Positions 12,101-24,830 of a stretch of 64,000 bases of DNA are shown here, one piece after another. Made by a program: the position numbers and the translations under genes. Below the pieces are notes generated by a model. It was not told the DNA's origin, did no database searches, and saw only the letters and a list, made by a program, of their open reading frames with translations. Position 1 is the first letter of the stretch, and each line of letters starts with the position of its first letter. Source of the DNA: the human T2T-CHM13v2.0 reference genome, Homo sapiens; NCBI GenBank assembly GCA_009914755.4, contig CP086569.2:23488001-23552000 (forward strand), given 5' to 3'.

Positions 12101-12726
12101 TTCTGGCCCTACCTGGACCCAGTGGGCAAGTAGCTTATATGATAAGTCTTGGTACCCCTGGAAGGAAGTTCACTTCTGATGTATCTAGTGGAAATCACCA
12201 GGGTGTTAGAATCCCTAGAGCACATGACTTTATTGAGAAACAGAATTCCAGTCTCGGCTCCAGCCCCTCCCACTGCTGTTGGGAAGCAACTACCCTGCTG
12301 GGGAAAGGGCCTGTCTGAGCTAATGAATGTAGGCTGTCCAGGCTCTGTCCAGCAGAAAATGGATCTAGACTCTCCAGCCTCTGTCCCCTATAGGGATGAC
12401 CCACTCTCAGCTCTGGCCTTTCCACTTTAGTCAGGGAACTCTATAATCCTTGAGAAACTTTCTGGGCAATATGCAACTTTCTTAGGAGAGACCAGGCTCT
12501 AAATGATCTGTTCAACAGCGGGTGTCAAGGGACCTGATTGTCAGCCCCAGGCCCTTCTGCGGCAGGCAGAAAATTAGCTCAACCGTGCAGAGACCTTCCA
12601 GTAACCATCACAGCCAAAATTACAGGCATTCCATTCTGTGTTCTGCAACAGAATCTAAGTGGACACAGTCTCAGCTTCAGCTTGTCCAATTTCAATTTCT
12701 GAAATGGAATCATTAGTAATAAATAA

Positions 12727-12747
12727 CCTACAAGCCAAAAAAAAAAA
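12727..12747 (+). repeat. pure A(19-21) tract located 20 bp after an AATAAA motif (12705-12710)
   Basis: gtaataaataacctacaagccaaaaaaaaaaaaaaaaaaa, which looks like the poly(A) tail of a retroposed sequence. Confidence 0.5.
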
Positions 12748-12749
12748 AA

Positions 12750-12830
12750 AAAAAAGCCCAGGAACCGATAGATTCCGGATGAATTCTACCAGATCTACAA
12801 AGAACTGCATCATATTCCATTGTGTGGGTG
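12750..12830 (+). mobile_element. short L1 ORF2 fragment
   Basis: gaattctaccagatctacaaagaactg matches L1 ORF2 gaattctaccagacattcaaagaagaactg. Confidence 0.5.
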
Positions 12831-12857
12831 ATCCCAGTTTGTTCAACTGGTTGTGTA

Positions 12858-12895
12858 TGTATGCTTACACACACACACACAGGCACACACCTGTG
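12858..12895 (+). repeat. (CA)n microsatellite
   Basis: acacacacacacaggcacacac. Confidence 0.9.
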
Positions 12896-13114
12896 TTTCA
12901 TGTTCCCTCAAAAAGCTGCAGTGGAAATGCCAGGCCAGCCTCTGGTATCATCCGAAGGATCAGTGGGGAAGGACCCACGCCTTTGCTTGCATTACATTGT
13001 TGCCAGCAACCCTGTCCACAATGGCATCTTTTCAGTGGTTTCTTACAGCTCTTTAGAGAATCTGCAATTATGTTTATTTGTATGGTTTACAATATATTCG
13101 TTAACCTTTATCTC

Positions 13115-13265
13115 TAAACTTGAGGCTGGGTACAATGGCTCAAGTCTGTAATATCAGTACTTTGAGAAGCTGATGTTGGAGGATGCTTTGAGCCCAAAAG
13201 TCTGAGACTACAGTGATGTATGATTCAGCCCGGTGACAGAGCAAGACCCTGCCTCTAAGTAAATA
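13115..13265 (+). mobile_element. free Alu monomer (FLAM/FRAM-like)
   Basis: ggctgggtacaatggctcaagtctgtaatatcagtactttgagaagctga...gcccggtgacagagcaagaccctgcctctaag. Confidence 0.7.
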
Positions 13266-13874
13266 AATAAGAAAAATACAACTGATAGTAATATTTTTGT
13301 TTTACAGTTTGGAAACACAAATTTCCTTGATCAAATAAATGAATATTTGATAGTCACTAACACAGGACATTTGCTTGTGTATGGGAACCAACGCAGGAAA
13401 GCAGTAGGATTAGATGCTCTTTCCCCGTAATCCCTGAACATGTATATACTGTGATGATGATAAGGGGTGAATTTGGATCAGGAAGTCTTTCTGCCAGAGC
13501 CATCAAAACTGTGGAAATAAAACCCTCCACAAATCAGGAAACAAAACAGTTTTTACTGATAATAGTAACTATAAAATCTTTTGCAGATTTGGTTTCATTT
13601 TTAATTTAGTGTAGATTAGGCAGCGTAACACAGACTACCCTGCCCCTAATAGTATGCGATTTGATGACAAATGTCAATTAGACTTGGTTGTTGAAAACTA
13701 CAAGAATCTTAGTTAACAGCGTAGTTACATGAATAATTTTGACAATATAAACCAGCTTATTTTAAACTTTCAGTTAGTCCACTAGACACCAAAATATTAT
13801 TTTAAACATAGTTCAGAATTGATGTGGATAATGGGCAAAATGGCAAGCTTCTATTTTTATTCATTTCCTTTGGT

Positions 13875-14045
13875 TTTATGCCTTTCATTCTCTCCTTTCT
13901 CCCCTTCCTTCCTTCCTTCCTTCCTTTTTTCCTTCCTCCCTCTCTCCCTTCCTTCCTCCATCCCTCTGTCTCTGTTTCTTCCTCCCTCCCTCCCTCCCTC
14001 CCTTCCTTCCTTCCTTCTTATTTTTCTGTATCTCTGTTTCTCTCT
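13875..14045 (+). repeat. (TTCC)n/(TCCC)n microsatellite, equivalent to GGAA repeats on the minus strand
   Basis: ccttccttccttccttcc...ctccctccctccctccc. Confidence 0.95.
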
Positions 14046-14050
14046 TTGAT

Positions 14051-14705
<655 letters not shown>

Positions 14706-15899
14706 TCATATCTGTTTTAAAGCTCAGTTGATTAGCAATATTATCTTCCTGGAATGCTTTATGTTTACAAAACAACTATAGCATTATTATTTAGCCCCTT
14801 CGGATAAAATATGGTAGTACTCAAAACATACATACAGTCAGTGATCAAAAGATCAGTGTAGGCCAGGACCTAAAATGAAAGACGAGTTGCTGCAGTTGAC
14901 TAGCATTAAAGCAGACCAGAGTTGACCCATACCCAGCCAGGAGATGTGAACAGAGGCTTTCAAAAAACTCCATCAGATACATGTTAGATTATTCTCCAGC
15001 CATAGCAAGGGGACATTAAAGATCTGTTTGTGTTTAGAAGAGTCTCGATGGTTTGGCTTTTCCAGGGTATTAGCATTCGTGGCATTGGCCTTTAAAGCTC
15101 TCCGTAATTACTCAAATCAGTAGACAACTCAGTTTTTCTAGGAGTCTAAAGTGCTTTTCAAAATTATGTAAAACTTAATGGCTTAAAACAATAATTATAA
15201 TTTACTAACTTCAGTCTCTGCAGTCTTCCACAGTCTCTCAGCCAAATGATTGTGGTTCAGGGGCACTCAGGAGGATGCAATCTAATGATGGCTCAGGACG
15301 GTGACATTGTCAGGTGTCTTCTCATCTCCCTGGTGCCACGGCTAGCATAACTCAAATAGTGGGGCTGGACTGCTGAGATTCTCGGGCATCTCATTCTATT
15401 TCTATGAGTCTCTCCATGGGATGTCCCTTCTGCATAGTGTTATCAGGGTGTTAGACTTCGTGATATACTCGTCAGGGGCTCCTGAGGAGTTTGGCCCCAT
15501 GAGAGCAGGAGACTTAGGCAGAGCTGTGATACCTTTTCTAACCTAGGCCAGAAGTGGCCCAGTATCCAGAAAATGCTTGCACTGTTTTCTATTCATTAGA
15601 AGCAAGTGCTGTGTTCAGTCCCATCAGGAATATTTTCAAATGGGTTTGCAGAGAATTTCAGTGTTTTCGACCAGTACAATGGCGATGCCTAATAATTACT
15701 TATTTTTATAAGTGCTGGATGGGTTTTACCAAGCATAATAGCAGATACAGACTTTTAAGCTTAAAACCTAGATGTCATAGCTCTGAACATTTGGTTGTAT
15801 GTTGAAATAATTCTTACGGAAAAATTGACTTTGAAATGAGAGCTATAAATAAATAAAATAAATGAGATAAACTCATAAATATCTGCATGAAATGCTTAT

Positions 15900-18800
15900 A
15901 AAGAGGTCAGCCTTAAAAATGTCATGAGGTCTAATGTGCCACTATTTTACTATTTCTATGGATATGACTTGGACAGGAGGACAAGGACTCAGGGGTCTGC
16001 TGGTCAGTCTCTGCAACTTGAAACAGCGGCTGGGGCACCAGGAGTAACACTTCCAGCCAACACCATGTAGTGAGGACAAGGAGTCCATCTGGGTTAAGGA
16101 GGGTGTCAGCATAATGTGACCTGAAGGAGAGGTACACCTTCTACAACCAGGATCAAGTTCTCTGGCATTGAAATCCGCCATGCCCAGCTGTGGCAGAGTG
16201 AATTGCTCAGCTGGTGCTGGGTTTCTAGGTGTGTTCGGGAAGCAGCTCCCTGGGCTGGGAAGGATCCCCTCATTCCCTTGCCATGTGGGAGGGTGAGGTT
16301 TGTGGCCTCTGCTCTGTCTGTTCCAGCTCTTTCCCTTCCCATTATCCTGCTGCTGGGAAAGATGGCAGGACCCTGGAATGGAGAAGGGCCCTGGGTTGTT
16401 GACAGTGCCTGTGGGTGGTCATGTACTAGGAGGAGAGTCCTCACTGAGCCTCCTGTGAGCTTGGAGGCTGGGAAGGAACACTTATGGGGCACTGGCTGTT
16501 CCAGAGTCCAGGGGCCTGTCCCGGAGAAGCCTGGGGGGAAGTCGTTAAGCCTGTGGTTCTGCAATCTAGGTGGAAGAGCTGTATCTGCCATGGCTGACAT
16601 CATCAGGGCAAGACACCCACTGGGTGGAGAGCTGGACTTATGCATTTTTATCCCTGTCCTGAAGGGACCCTGCATGCCTGCCTCTCCGGGGACCAGTCAT
16701 CCTGGGGACCCCCTCTCTGGGACCACTCATGACCATAAGCTTAGGCTCTTGTGTGCCTTGCTTCCTGTCTGCCCAGGTGAGGCAACCTGGAGAGGATATG
16801 CGGGGCGAAGCTCATGTGCACACGTGCAGCACTGGAACGGGGTGTCACCAGCCAGTTAGGCCGCTGCTCACCAGGCCCTCTCCTGAGCTCCCACCTGGCT
16901 AAGTGGTAAGTGTCCCATCTACATGACCCTGCAGCCCAGGGTTTCTCCTCCACCTACCAACCCTCTTGGGGAGAATGCCATCTTCCCTGGAGACTCAGGA
17001 CCTGCTGGACCCACATGCTGTCCTCCTCTCTCATGGGCTGGACACTGTCTAGTGCACAGGGATTCCTGGATAGCGAATCCCAAAACCCCACGGGTTCCAT
17101 TGCTTCTTCCCTGAATGCCTGCCTTCCCCAACCGAACACACAGGAAGACCCAGCTGCTAGGTTTTATTTCCCGCCAGGTGTCATTTCAGGTCCATGACAT
17201 CTCCTATAGGTAGCTCGCACCAGGCACCCATTTCCTCCTACTACCTCTGCCATTTGTGAAAACCATGAGGACTCTTCCTGTCTCCCAAAAGGGCAGGCTT
17301 CACAGGTCCTGAAGTTGGACTGCCAAACCCCGCAGTGCCCTGCTTGCCAGCTCAAGAGCTGAGTTTGAGGCACACATGTGGGCAGGAGTGTGGCCCCCCC
17401 CAAATCAAGGTACACAAAGGTACACAGGCACAAGTGTGCACATGCGTGCACAGCTCAGACACGGAGGCTAGAACATACCCACCCTCATACTGGTATGATT
17501 GAAACTGGGTGACTACACCAATACTAATGTGGACCTTAATGCTCAGCCACATTCCTTCGCTACACACACAGAGAAGGTTCCCTGCCATTTAACTGATCAT
17601 CTACAATGGTATTTACTTTTACTTTCATACTTTTTTTTAACTTACCAAAGTATGTTGCATTCTTTCCCCCGTCATGAAAGACTTTGATACAAGTAAGGAG
17701 GAAGGGCACTTTTTATAATAAAATCCTGTATCTGCATCTGTATTATTAAGGCATTTAAAAAACTTTATGTCTATTTTTTAATGTCATAGGAAATGTCTCA
17801 GGGGCCGGGGAAACATGAGTGAGGATGGCAGAGGGGAGAAAGCATGTCAGGGGAGACTGGGGTCATTGAACCAAAACATGACACGACTGGGATAGCCATT
17901 CTAGAAGGACACAGACCTAGACACGCCTCAAGTGCACCTCTCTGTGGCAGGTAAGAGGGCCCTAGTGGAGGCCAAACTGAGCCCCAGGTGGTAGCAGGCC
18001 TCAAGGCGTGGAAGGGAGCCAGAGAAGGATGATGCGGCAGCTATCCATTGAGATTGCTTCTCACCCATTGACCTTTGCCACTTCTGTGTCTTAGGTGACT
18101 TTGGGTGCCCCAGTTCTGAAATATGAGTGTTACAGTTCCCTGATGGGCTTTTCTCCCTCAGCCCAGGGATGGCCTGGGATTTCTCAGTGCAGGCTCCTCC
18201 CCGAGCCTTGAGTTCTCCATGTGTGTCCCAGCTCCAGGACCCACAGGCCTCTGAGCCCCCAGCCCTGGGTTGCTTACCTGGTTTCCTCTCTGTTTCCTCT
18301 CTGAGGGCCTAACTCCTTCCGGTAGTGCTGCAGGGGGATTGAGACAGAGGCCCTGAATGATGATCTGGGGGACTGAGAAAAGGGATCCGTGACTGGTCAG
18401 GTCATGGTTCAAAGCCAGTTCCCCAGATGCCAAGGAAAGACCAGCAAGGTCCTTTCCCATGACACCCCTCAGCGGTGCCCACCTCAGCAATCCTGGCTGA
18501 CCTTTAGTGGTCACGGTCAGCCAACCAGCGGAAGAAGCTCAGTTAGGCTGTGTCCTGCCTGAAGCTGGGGTCTTCTGCTGCATGACTCTAGAAACACTGG
18601 ACTACAGTAGAGACAGATGCCATGTATCCTGGAGCAAGAAGATTTGGGTAGGCTCATGCCAGGCCTAGCCTCCCACACTCCACCCGCTCTATCATTCCGG
18701 GAGGCACTCCTTACCGAGGATGCCAACACGATATTCCTTAAAGATCACTTCATTGTGGAAATAAAGACTGTGACAAAAGGAACACTTCATCCTGCCACCA

Positions 18801-20570
18801 GTACCCTGGATGGCTGAGTTCCTCCACCTGCTACACCAAGAAGAAGAGGACAGACTCAAAGGATCCATTTCATCTAGTTGGGCTGAGGGCCTGCTGGCTA
18901 GGGTGAAGCATGCGTTTTCCCTTCCCAGCTCTCCCACTGAGACACCCCCAGACCCCAAGAGGACCTCAACCTGACCAGGACCCTCGATCCCTCCCCCAGA
19001 CCCAGGCACCCTAGCCTGATTTGCAAATCCATCCTGTAGCTTACTTAGCAGGACTTCCTCATGGTTTCTGAAACCTGCCGACATCTGGGTGTGCGGCACA
19101 ATCTGCCTCTGGTCAAGGAGCCTCCAGATGACTGGGTGGGTGTGCCAGGAAACACCCTGCAACTTTGCAAGAGCTGGGAGACTGTTGGGCAGGGCTATCC
19201 CCCAGACCTTTGGCCTGGCACTTTGCATTGGTGATCCTGTCTCTGTCCAGCATGAGGGGCACGGTAACGGATATGGTGGTCTTGTGGGCAAGTGGAGGGA
19301 GGCCCAGAAAGACTCTGCCAACAAGGAGTGGGGAGCACAAGTTGGCAGGGTTTGGGTGTGGGGTGCTGTGGTGTGAGGCAGTTGTTTCCTCAGAGTTCCT
19401 GAGCTGCACATGGCCCTTGTGCACTGGGTGCTAGATAGGCTCTGCTGAGGGTGTCAAGGTGTGTGGTACCCTCTTCTGTTCTCCCTGAGGGGTGGGTGTG
19501 TCCACTTGAGGGAACCGGTGTGGGTAGAAAGGACTGCAGGGCTGTACCTGGTGCTCCCCGTGGGGCTCATGTGTGTGCAACGGAGGCATGTGTGCAAAGG
19601 AGGATATATATGCTCAGGGCCCGCAGCTCTTTGGGTGCAACACAGGCAGAGGGAAGAAAGACTGTCTGGGTACCTGGTGCCTGCCTTGCAGAGGACAGCA
19701 GCCCCGTGCACCATGAACCCGAGTCTTGAGTACCTTGTGTTTCTGGTGTGAGGCCTCTGGACACACACACATGGGGAGTGGGTGTGGTTCGATGGCTGGT
19801 ATGAGCATGCAGACTCCCTTTCCTCCAAGGACTTTCCCAGGGAAACGTGCCCTTCAACTTTCTGCTGTGAGTGAAGGGTCCTTGACACCCCTATTTTCTC
19901 TTGTGAGTGCTGAGCTTGGCTCCCAGTCCCTATCACATGCTCTCAGGTCACCCTCAAGCAAGCTGCCCTACTATCTGCAGTATCCTTGCCTCAGCTCCCC
20001 TCGCTGTCTCCCATCCCCTGCCTCCTGGCTGACCCTGTGTGCCCCTGGCCTGGCTCCGTTGCTCCCCGCCCCCGGAAGCCCGACTCCCACCTCCTGCTGC
20101 CAGTCATCCCGAATGGGCAGTTACAAAGATATGGCTCTGGCCTAGAAGCCGGAGATGCCCTGGATGATGGCCCCTGTGCCCTCCAGGCCAGGCAGACACT
20201 TCTGACAAAGCTTCTGCCTCAGCCATGGGCAGGGCATGTGGCCTGGGGCATTCACGGAGCCCAGCTCCCTGTGAAGGACCTCCAGCGACTCTGTGGCCGG
20301 CTGGGGCATGCTGGGGCCAGGGCCAGGCTGTGTTCACTGGTCCTCCACCTGCCGCTCCATGTCGGCTTTCTCCTCAACCACCACCTAGACCACCGCCGTG
20401 ACGTCGTCCACCACCAGCACCTTCTCCTCCTACAGGGGCACCTCCACACTCCGTGCCCTGGCTGCCCTCTCCTGCAGAGCCTCCAATTTCAACAGGGTGC
20501 CTCCTTTGGAGGTCCCATTGCCTACAGCCTGCACTGTCACCTTCACGTCTGGATAGGTATATCCTTAAAA
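15900..20570. other. GC-rich block of about 4.7 kb with no recognisable repeats. It has many long ORFs on both strands and is unassigned.
   Basis: The base composition shifts sharply from the AT-rich flanks. CpG-containing stretches occur, for example accgccgtgacgtcgtccacc at about 20393-20412. Six-frame ORFs of 150-240 aa lie on both strands with proline-, arginine-, serine- and glycine-rich low-complexity products. Confidence 0.5.
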
Positions 20571-20591
20571 TATACGTAAAGAAAAATAACT

Positions 20592-21020
20592 TAAAAGTGT
20601 TCCTGTTTCTCCACATCCTCTCCAACATCTGTTGTTTCCTGACTTTTTAATGGTCGCCATTCTAACTGGCATGAGATGGTATCTCATTGCGGTTGCAGGG
20701 CCATGGATGAAGCTGGAAACCATCATACTAAGCAAACTATCACAAGGACAGAAAAACAAACACCACATCTTCTTACTCATAAGTGGGAGTTGAACAATGA
20801 GAACACATGGACACAGGTGGGGGAATATCACACATCTGCCCAGTTGGGGGGTGGGGGACTAGGGGAAGGATAGCATTAGGATAAATACCTAATGTCAATG
20901 ACGAGTTGATCAGTGCAGCAAACCAACATGGCGCATGTATCCCTATGTAACAAACCTGCACGTTCTGCACATGTACCCTAGAACTTAAAGTATAATTTTA
21001 AAAAATGAAAAAAAACTGAA
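20592..21020 (+). mobile_element. L1 3' end, with ORF2 C-terminal region and 3' UTR, carrying an internal deletion of about 0.6 kb and ending in an A-rich tail
   Basis: aaaagtgttcctgtttctccacatcctctccaacatctgttgtttcctgactttttaatggtcgccattctaactggcatgagatggtatctcattg joins directly to ggacatggatgaagctggaaaccatcat...gagaacacatggacacagg...taggataaatacctaatgtcaatgacgagttgatcagtgcagcaaaccaacatggcgcatgtatccctatgtaacaaacctgcacgttctgcacatgtaccctagaacttaaagtataat. Confidence 0.9.
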
Positions 21021-23600
21021 AAGGAAAAATGGCTCTCCAAACCCAAATACTAAACAGAAAATTAGTATCAAGTGGCCTAGAATGTAATTTACATGAAAAT
21101 GTCACAAACATTCAGCAGATAGTTTCTAAATGCTACAATAAGCCTGACAGTCTGCAAGAAGCTCAGAAAAACATGGTCCTTGCTCTTCTCAGAGTGCAGT
21201 TGTTACAGGCACAGATAAATGAGGAATAATAAGTATGATAACTGCTGTAATAGGCAAATACAGGAACTATAACTGGAAATAAAGACAATGATTTTGATAA
21301 ACAAAACTTTAATAAACAATGAAATATTTAAAAAAAAAGACTCATGATTTTAATAAACGTTGCCTCCTTCTTCCCTCCAGAAGAAAACTCATGCCTCTGC
21401 TTTATTGGCTGACATGTTCCTAAGGAGATGTAACAGGTCTGATTTGTATTAGTAAATCACATTTGCCTCATTTATGAAACATGTGTTTAAAAATCCTCTT
21501 AAAGGTCAAATGAGACTATTTGCTGTTGCTGGATAAATTGTCAAGTGCTACCCAAATATTATTTTCTCATGGTGATTTATACCGTGTGTATATTACATAG
21601 TTAGCGTAGCATTCTCATAAAGGAAACCTTGAAACACATCTGCTGCTCGGTTTTTATTTTTCAACTGTTTCAGTCATTATTATTTATCACATGCTTTCTA
21701 GGGGCTTTTGAATTTTAAAGAGATATGTATACACCAAAAAGAGAAGGACAATGAAATTGTGAGACTACAGTCATAATGATTTCATTGATTAATTCAATTG
21801 TTTACAGGGCTAGATTAGATTATATTTCTCCCAAAAGATTCTCGGAGAAATTCTAAGATGACGCACCCACTGTTTGAAATGGCCAAAAAGTTGTTGCTTA
21901 AGTTAGAGTTAACTCTTTTTAAAGCCTGAAGATAAAGTAATAGTTTCGTGAATTACAACAGGGAAAATAGGATTTTTAGTGCTACTTGCTCTCATCAGAA
22001 ATAATCGTTAACTTTTAAATTGTTCTTTATGTCACATTAAATTTTTCATTTCCATCTCATGTTTTGGATGTGGTATGTATTTTTAAATGCATTTTCACCC
22101 TTATTGTGCTTCTGTGAGAAACTGCAGATTTAAGTTCATATCATAATTATCTTTTAGTTTTATTTGTTTGTTCCTAAAGGTTCACAGAAATAAAGAATTC
22201 CATTTATGCTTGTATCTTTCAGCAACCTCATTTCAGATAACGGTGCACATTATTGCAGGTATCACATGTACAGGTCCAAAGGGAGAAAAAGAAGAAAGTA
22301 AGCTTTTAAGTCTAAATATTTGTAACACTAGATCAGAAACTCAGTATTCATAGTGAAATCAAAAAATGATCACAGTCAATTCCATCTCATACCTAGACTG
22401 AAATAAGAACCTTCAAAAGCAAAGAAAGTTAAGAGCTTTGGGCTTGTCAAAATTTTCCTATACAGATAAAATTATTGGTGACTTTCTCTCACTAGAAAAC
22501 ATAAACAAAAATTCATCCTTCATATATGTGTAAATAAAATATTTTTATTTCTATCAGTTATAACATGCAAGCAAGTAATACAGTGAAAGTACAATAATAA
22601 AACGATATAAGGAAATTTCTCTGTGTCAACAAATTCCATCGAGGCCATTAATTTTACAAAACCCATAGAGAATACTTCATGAAACTACATTATACTCTAC
22701 TCTTTAGTATTTTACTTACATTTTAAATAATCAACAAATTAAATAAAATTCTTAATCATTATTTATTACCAATAACATTATTCTACTCAAGTAATCCTTT
22801 TGAGATTAAATATTTTAAATAAAACATTAAAAACAAATTGTATTGACTGATATCAGCTTTTGATGAAATAATACTTCTGTATTTGTAGTCATGTGAAGTA
22901 TAACTTTCTCCTCACAATGGATCTTTTATAACACCAGTGGTATTGCTTTCTCTGATACAAAGCCTTTTTGATCTCACAGCTTTACTGTATCTACATATTA
23001 CATTCCTCCAGATAGTAGGCTTCAAACAGATGGAAAAAATTATATTTGTGACAAAATTCTAGGAAAGGGAATGGTAAAACGGGACAATAATTTCTAAATT
23101 TCTAACTGTTCATCCATGGATTTGGATATATTAAGATATAGACAAATATTTGCACACTGCAAGTTTGCACATGTGTTTATGAATTTAAATGAGGTATCCA
23201 TAATGTATGGGTTGTGTAATCTTTTAATTAATCCTCAATTTTACATGTGGGAAATTTGAAAAGGGTTTATCCTTATCAAATACTCAATTCGAAGTACTAT
23301 ACTGAATGTATAGTACTTTGATGTAAAGCCAACAAAATCTCTGTCAACGTTCATTTCAATTAATCCATTGATGTTAACTGCTGATAGCTTCATTCTCCTT
23401 GATCCCTGTTGGCAGCCTGAAAGCTAATTCTCACTCTAATTCAGCACTCAGGGTGCCACCCACAAGTGACTAACACCTTGCTGTGGATTGTGACCTCTGA
23501 CTCTACCACTTTTGTCCTATAACAGTCCTACCTTTGCATATTTAATGAACTTTGTACATGGTTAAAAAATAAAACTGTAGTGAAATGTCAGGCCATGCTG

Positions 23601-23660
23601 TGAGATGTTCCATTGCTTCTGTATCTCTAATTAGATGTTCCATTGCTTCTGTATCTCTAA
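23601..23660 (+). repeat. perfect 30-bp tandem duplication, two copies
   Basis: agatgttccattgcttctgtatctctaatt repeated twice, head to tail. Confidence 0.9.
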
Positions 23661-24537
23661 TTGACCTTTCATGTTATAGAGGACAAGAAAAACAATTCAA
23701 TACATTACTTAGTAACCAATCCAATGCACCCTTTCTTATTAATATGCCAAACCCATCCCTTCAAGGCACTGACATCTAAACACAGCTAGATGTATCAAAA
23801 TCTCTTCTCATTAATAACCATTATGTTAATCACTGTTGCCCAGATCTGGACTCTGACTGTGAAATCCTAGGGTGGAAATTGCTATAATGGCTCAAACTGC
23901 GGGAATGACTATGTTTCGGCATAATTACTGCTGTCATCTTACTGAAAAATATCACATTAGATGGCAGCTTCTAGTTACATAAATCCTGTTGATTAATGTC
24001 CAGCATTTATGATATTGCACAAGTAAAGATCTTTGATAACTTAAATGATTAGCTGAGCAATAATTAAAATAACTCACAGCAATTTAAATATTCATTTACT
24101 TACTAGAAGTGCCATACATCATTAACTCCTGATGAAAACAAAGTGGGGAAATTGCAAGTGCTGAACTGGTTACTGAAGTATGTATTTCGGGGTATTTTAT
24201 AAAACTATCCATGCCATGTATGATGCCTCACCTGCAAGGATAAAGCTTTAACATATATGAAAAATAAGTGTCTTTGGTTCTTAATATCTTCCTACATTTG
24301 TCTTCATAACTTCAACACAAAAACACTCATATACTCGACTTTTGGCTGGGCTGACTACCAGTTATTAGGATTTAAGTAAATAGAATAAAGATTTCAAAAT
24401 TCGATGACCAAATATGAGAAATCACACTCTCCCCGTAACATACAATTATTCTCAAGTGCCACTGCTAATGCAAAATTGAAAGAAGAAATTAAGTCTAATA
24501 TATTGCAATATTCTAAAATCTAAAATTTTTTCTTTGA

Positions 24538-24830
24538 GGTCTGGTGGTTCATGCCTGGAATTGCAGCTCTTTGGGATGCTGAGAAGGGAGGATTGCTTCA
24601 AGCGCAGGGTTCAAGACCAGCCCAGGCAACATAGCAAGTCCTATCTCTACAAATGTAACTAATTAAATACTTAATTAAATTGGGCATGCTGGCACACATC
24701 TATCTTCTATTTACTCAGCAGTTCAAGGTCGTAGTGAGCTGTGATTGCACACTGCACTTCAGCCTGGGCCATGAGGTAAGACTTTGTCTCTACAAAATAA
24801 TTCAATATAACAAAACAAAATAAAATAAAA
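24538..24830 (+). mobile_element. Alu SINE, diverged and of an older subfamily
   Basis: ggtctggtggttcatgcctggaattgcagctctttgggatgctgag...caggcaacatagcaag...gcctgggcca. Confidence 0.8.

Noticed and set aside
18617-18817. ORF 18617..18817 (…DANTIFLKDHFIVEIKTVTKGTLHPATSTLDG) as a possible exon
   Set aside because: It is short, has no recognisable homology from memory and no flanking splice consensus. It is kept only as part of the unassigned GC-rich block.
16106-20579. Long ORFs (150-240 aa) on both strands of the GC-rich block: 16106..16675 -, 16203..16859 +, 18692..19411 -, 19454..19936 -, 19986..20579 +
   Set aside because: They overlap one another on opposite strands. Their products are low-complexity and rich in P, R, S, G and A with no recognisable domain. 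There is no splice or Kozak context. ORF length is what high GC alone would produce. I treat the block as non-coding or an unassigned pseudogene, not as CDS.
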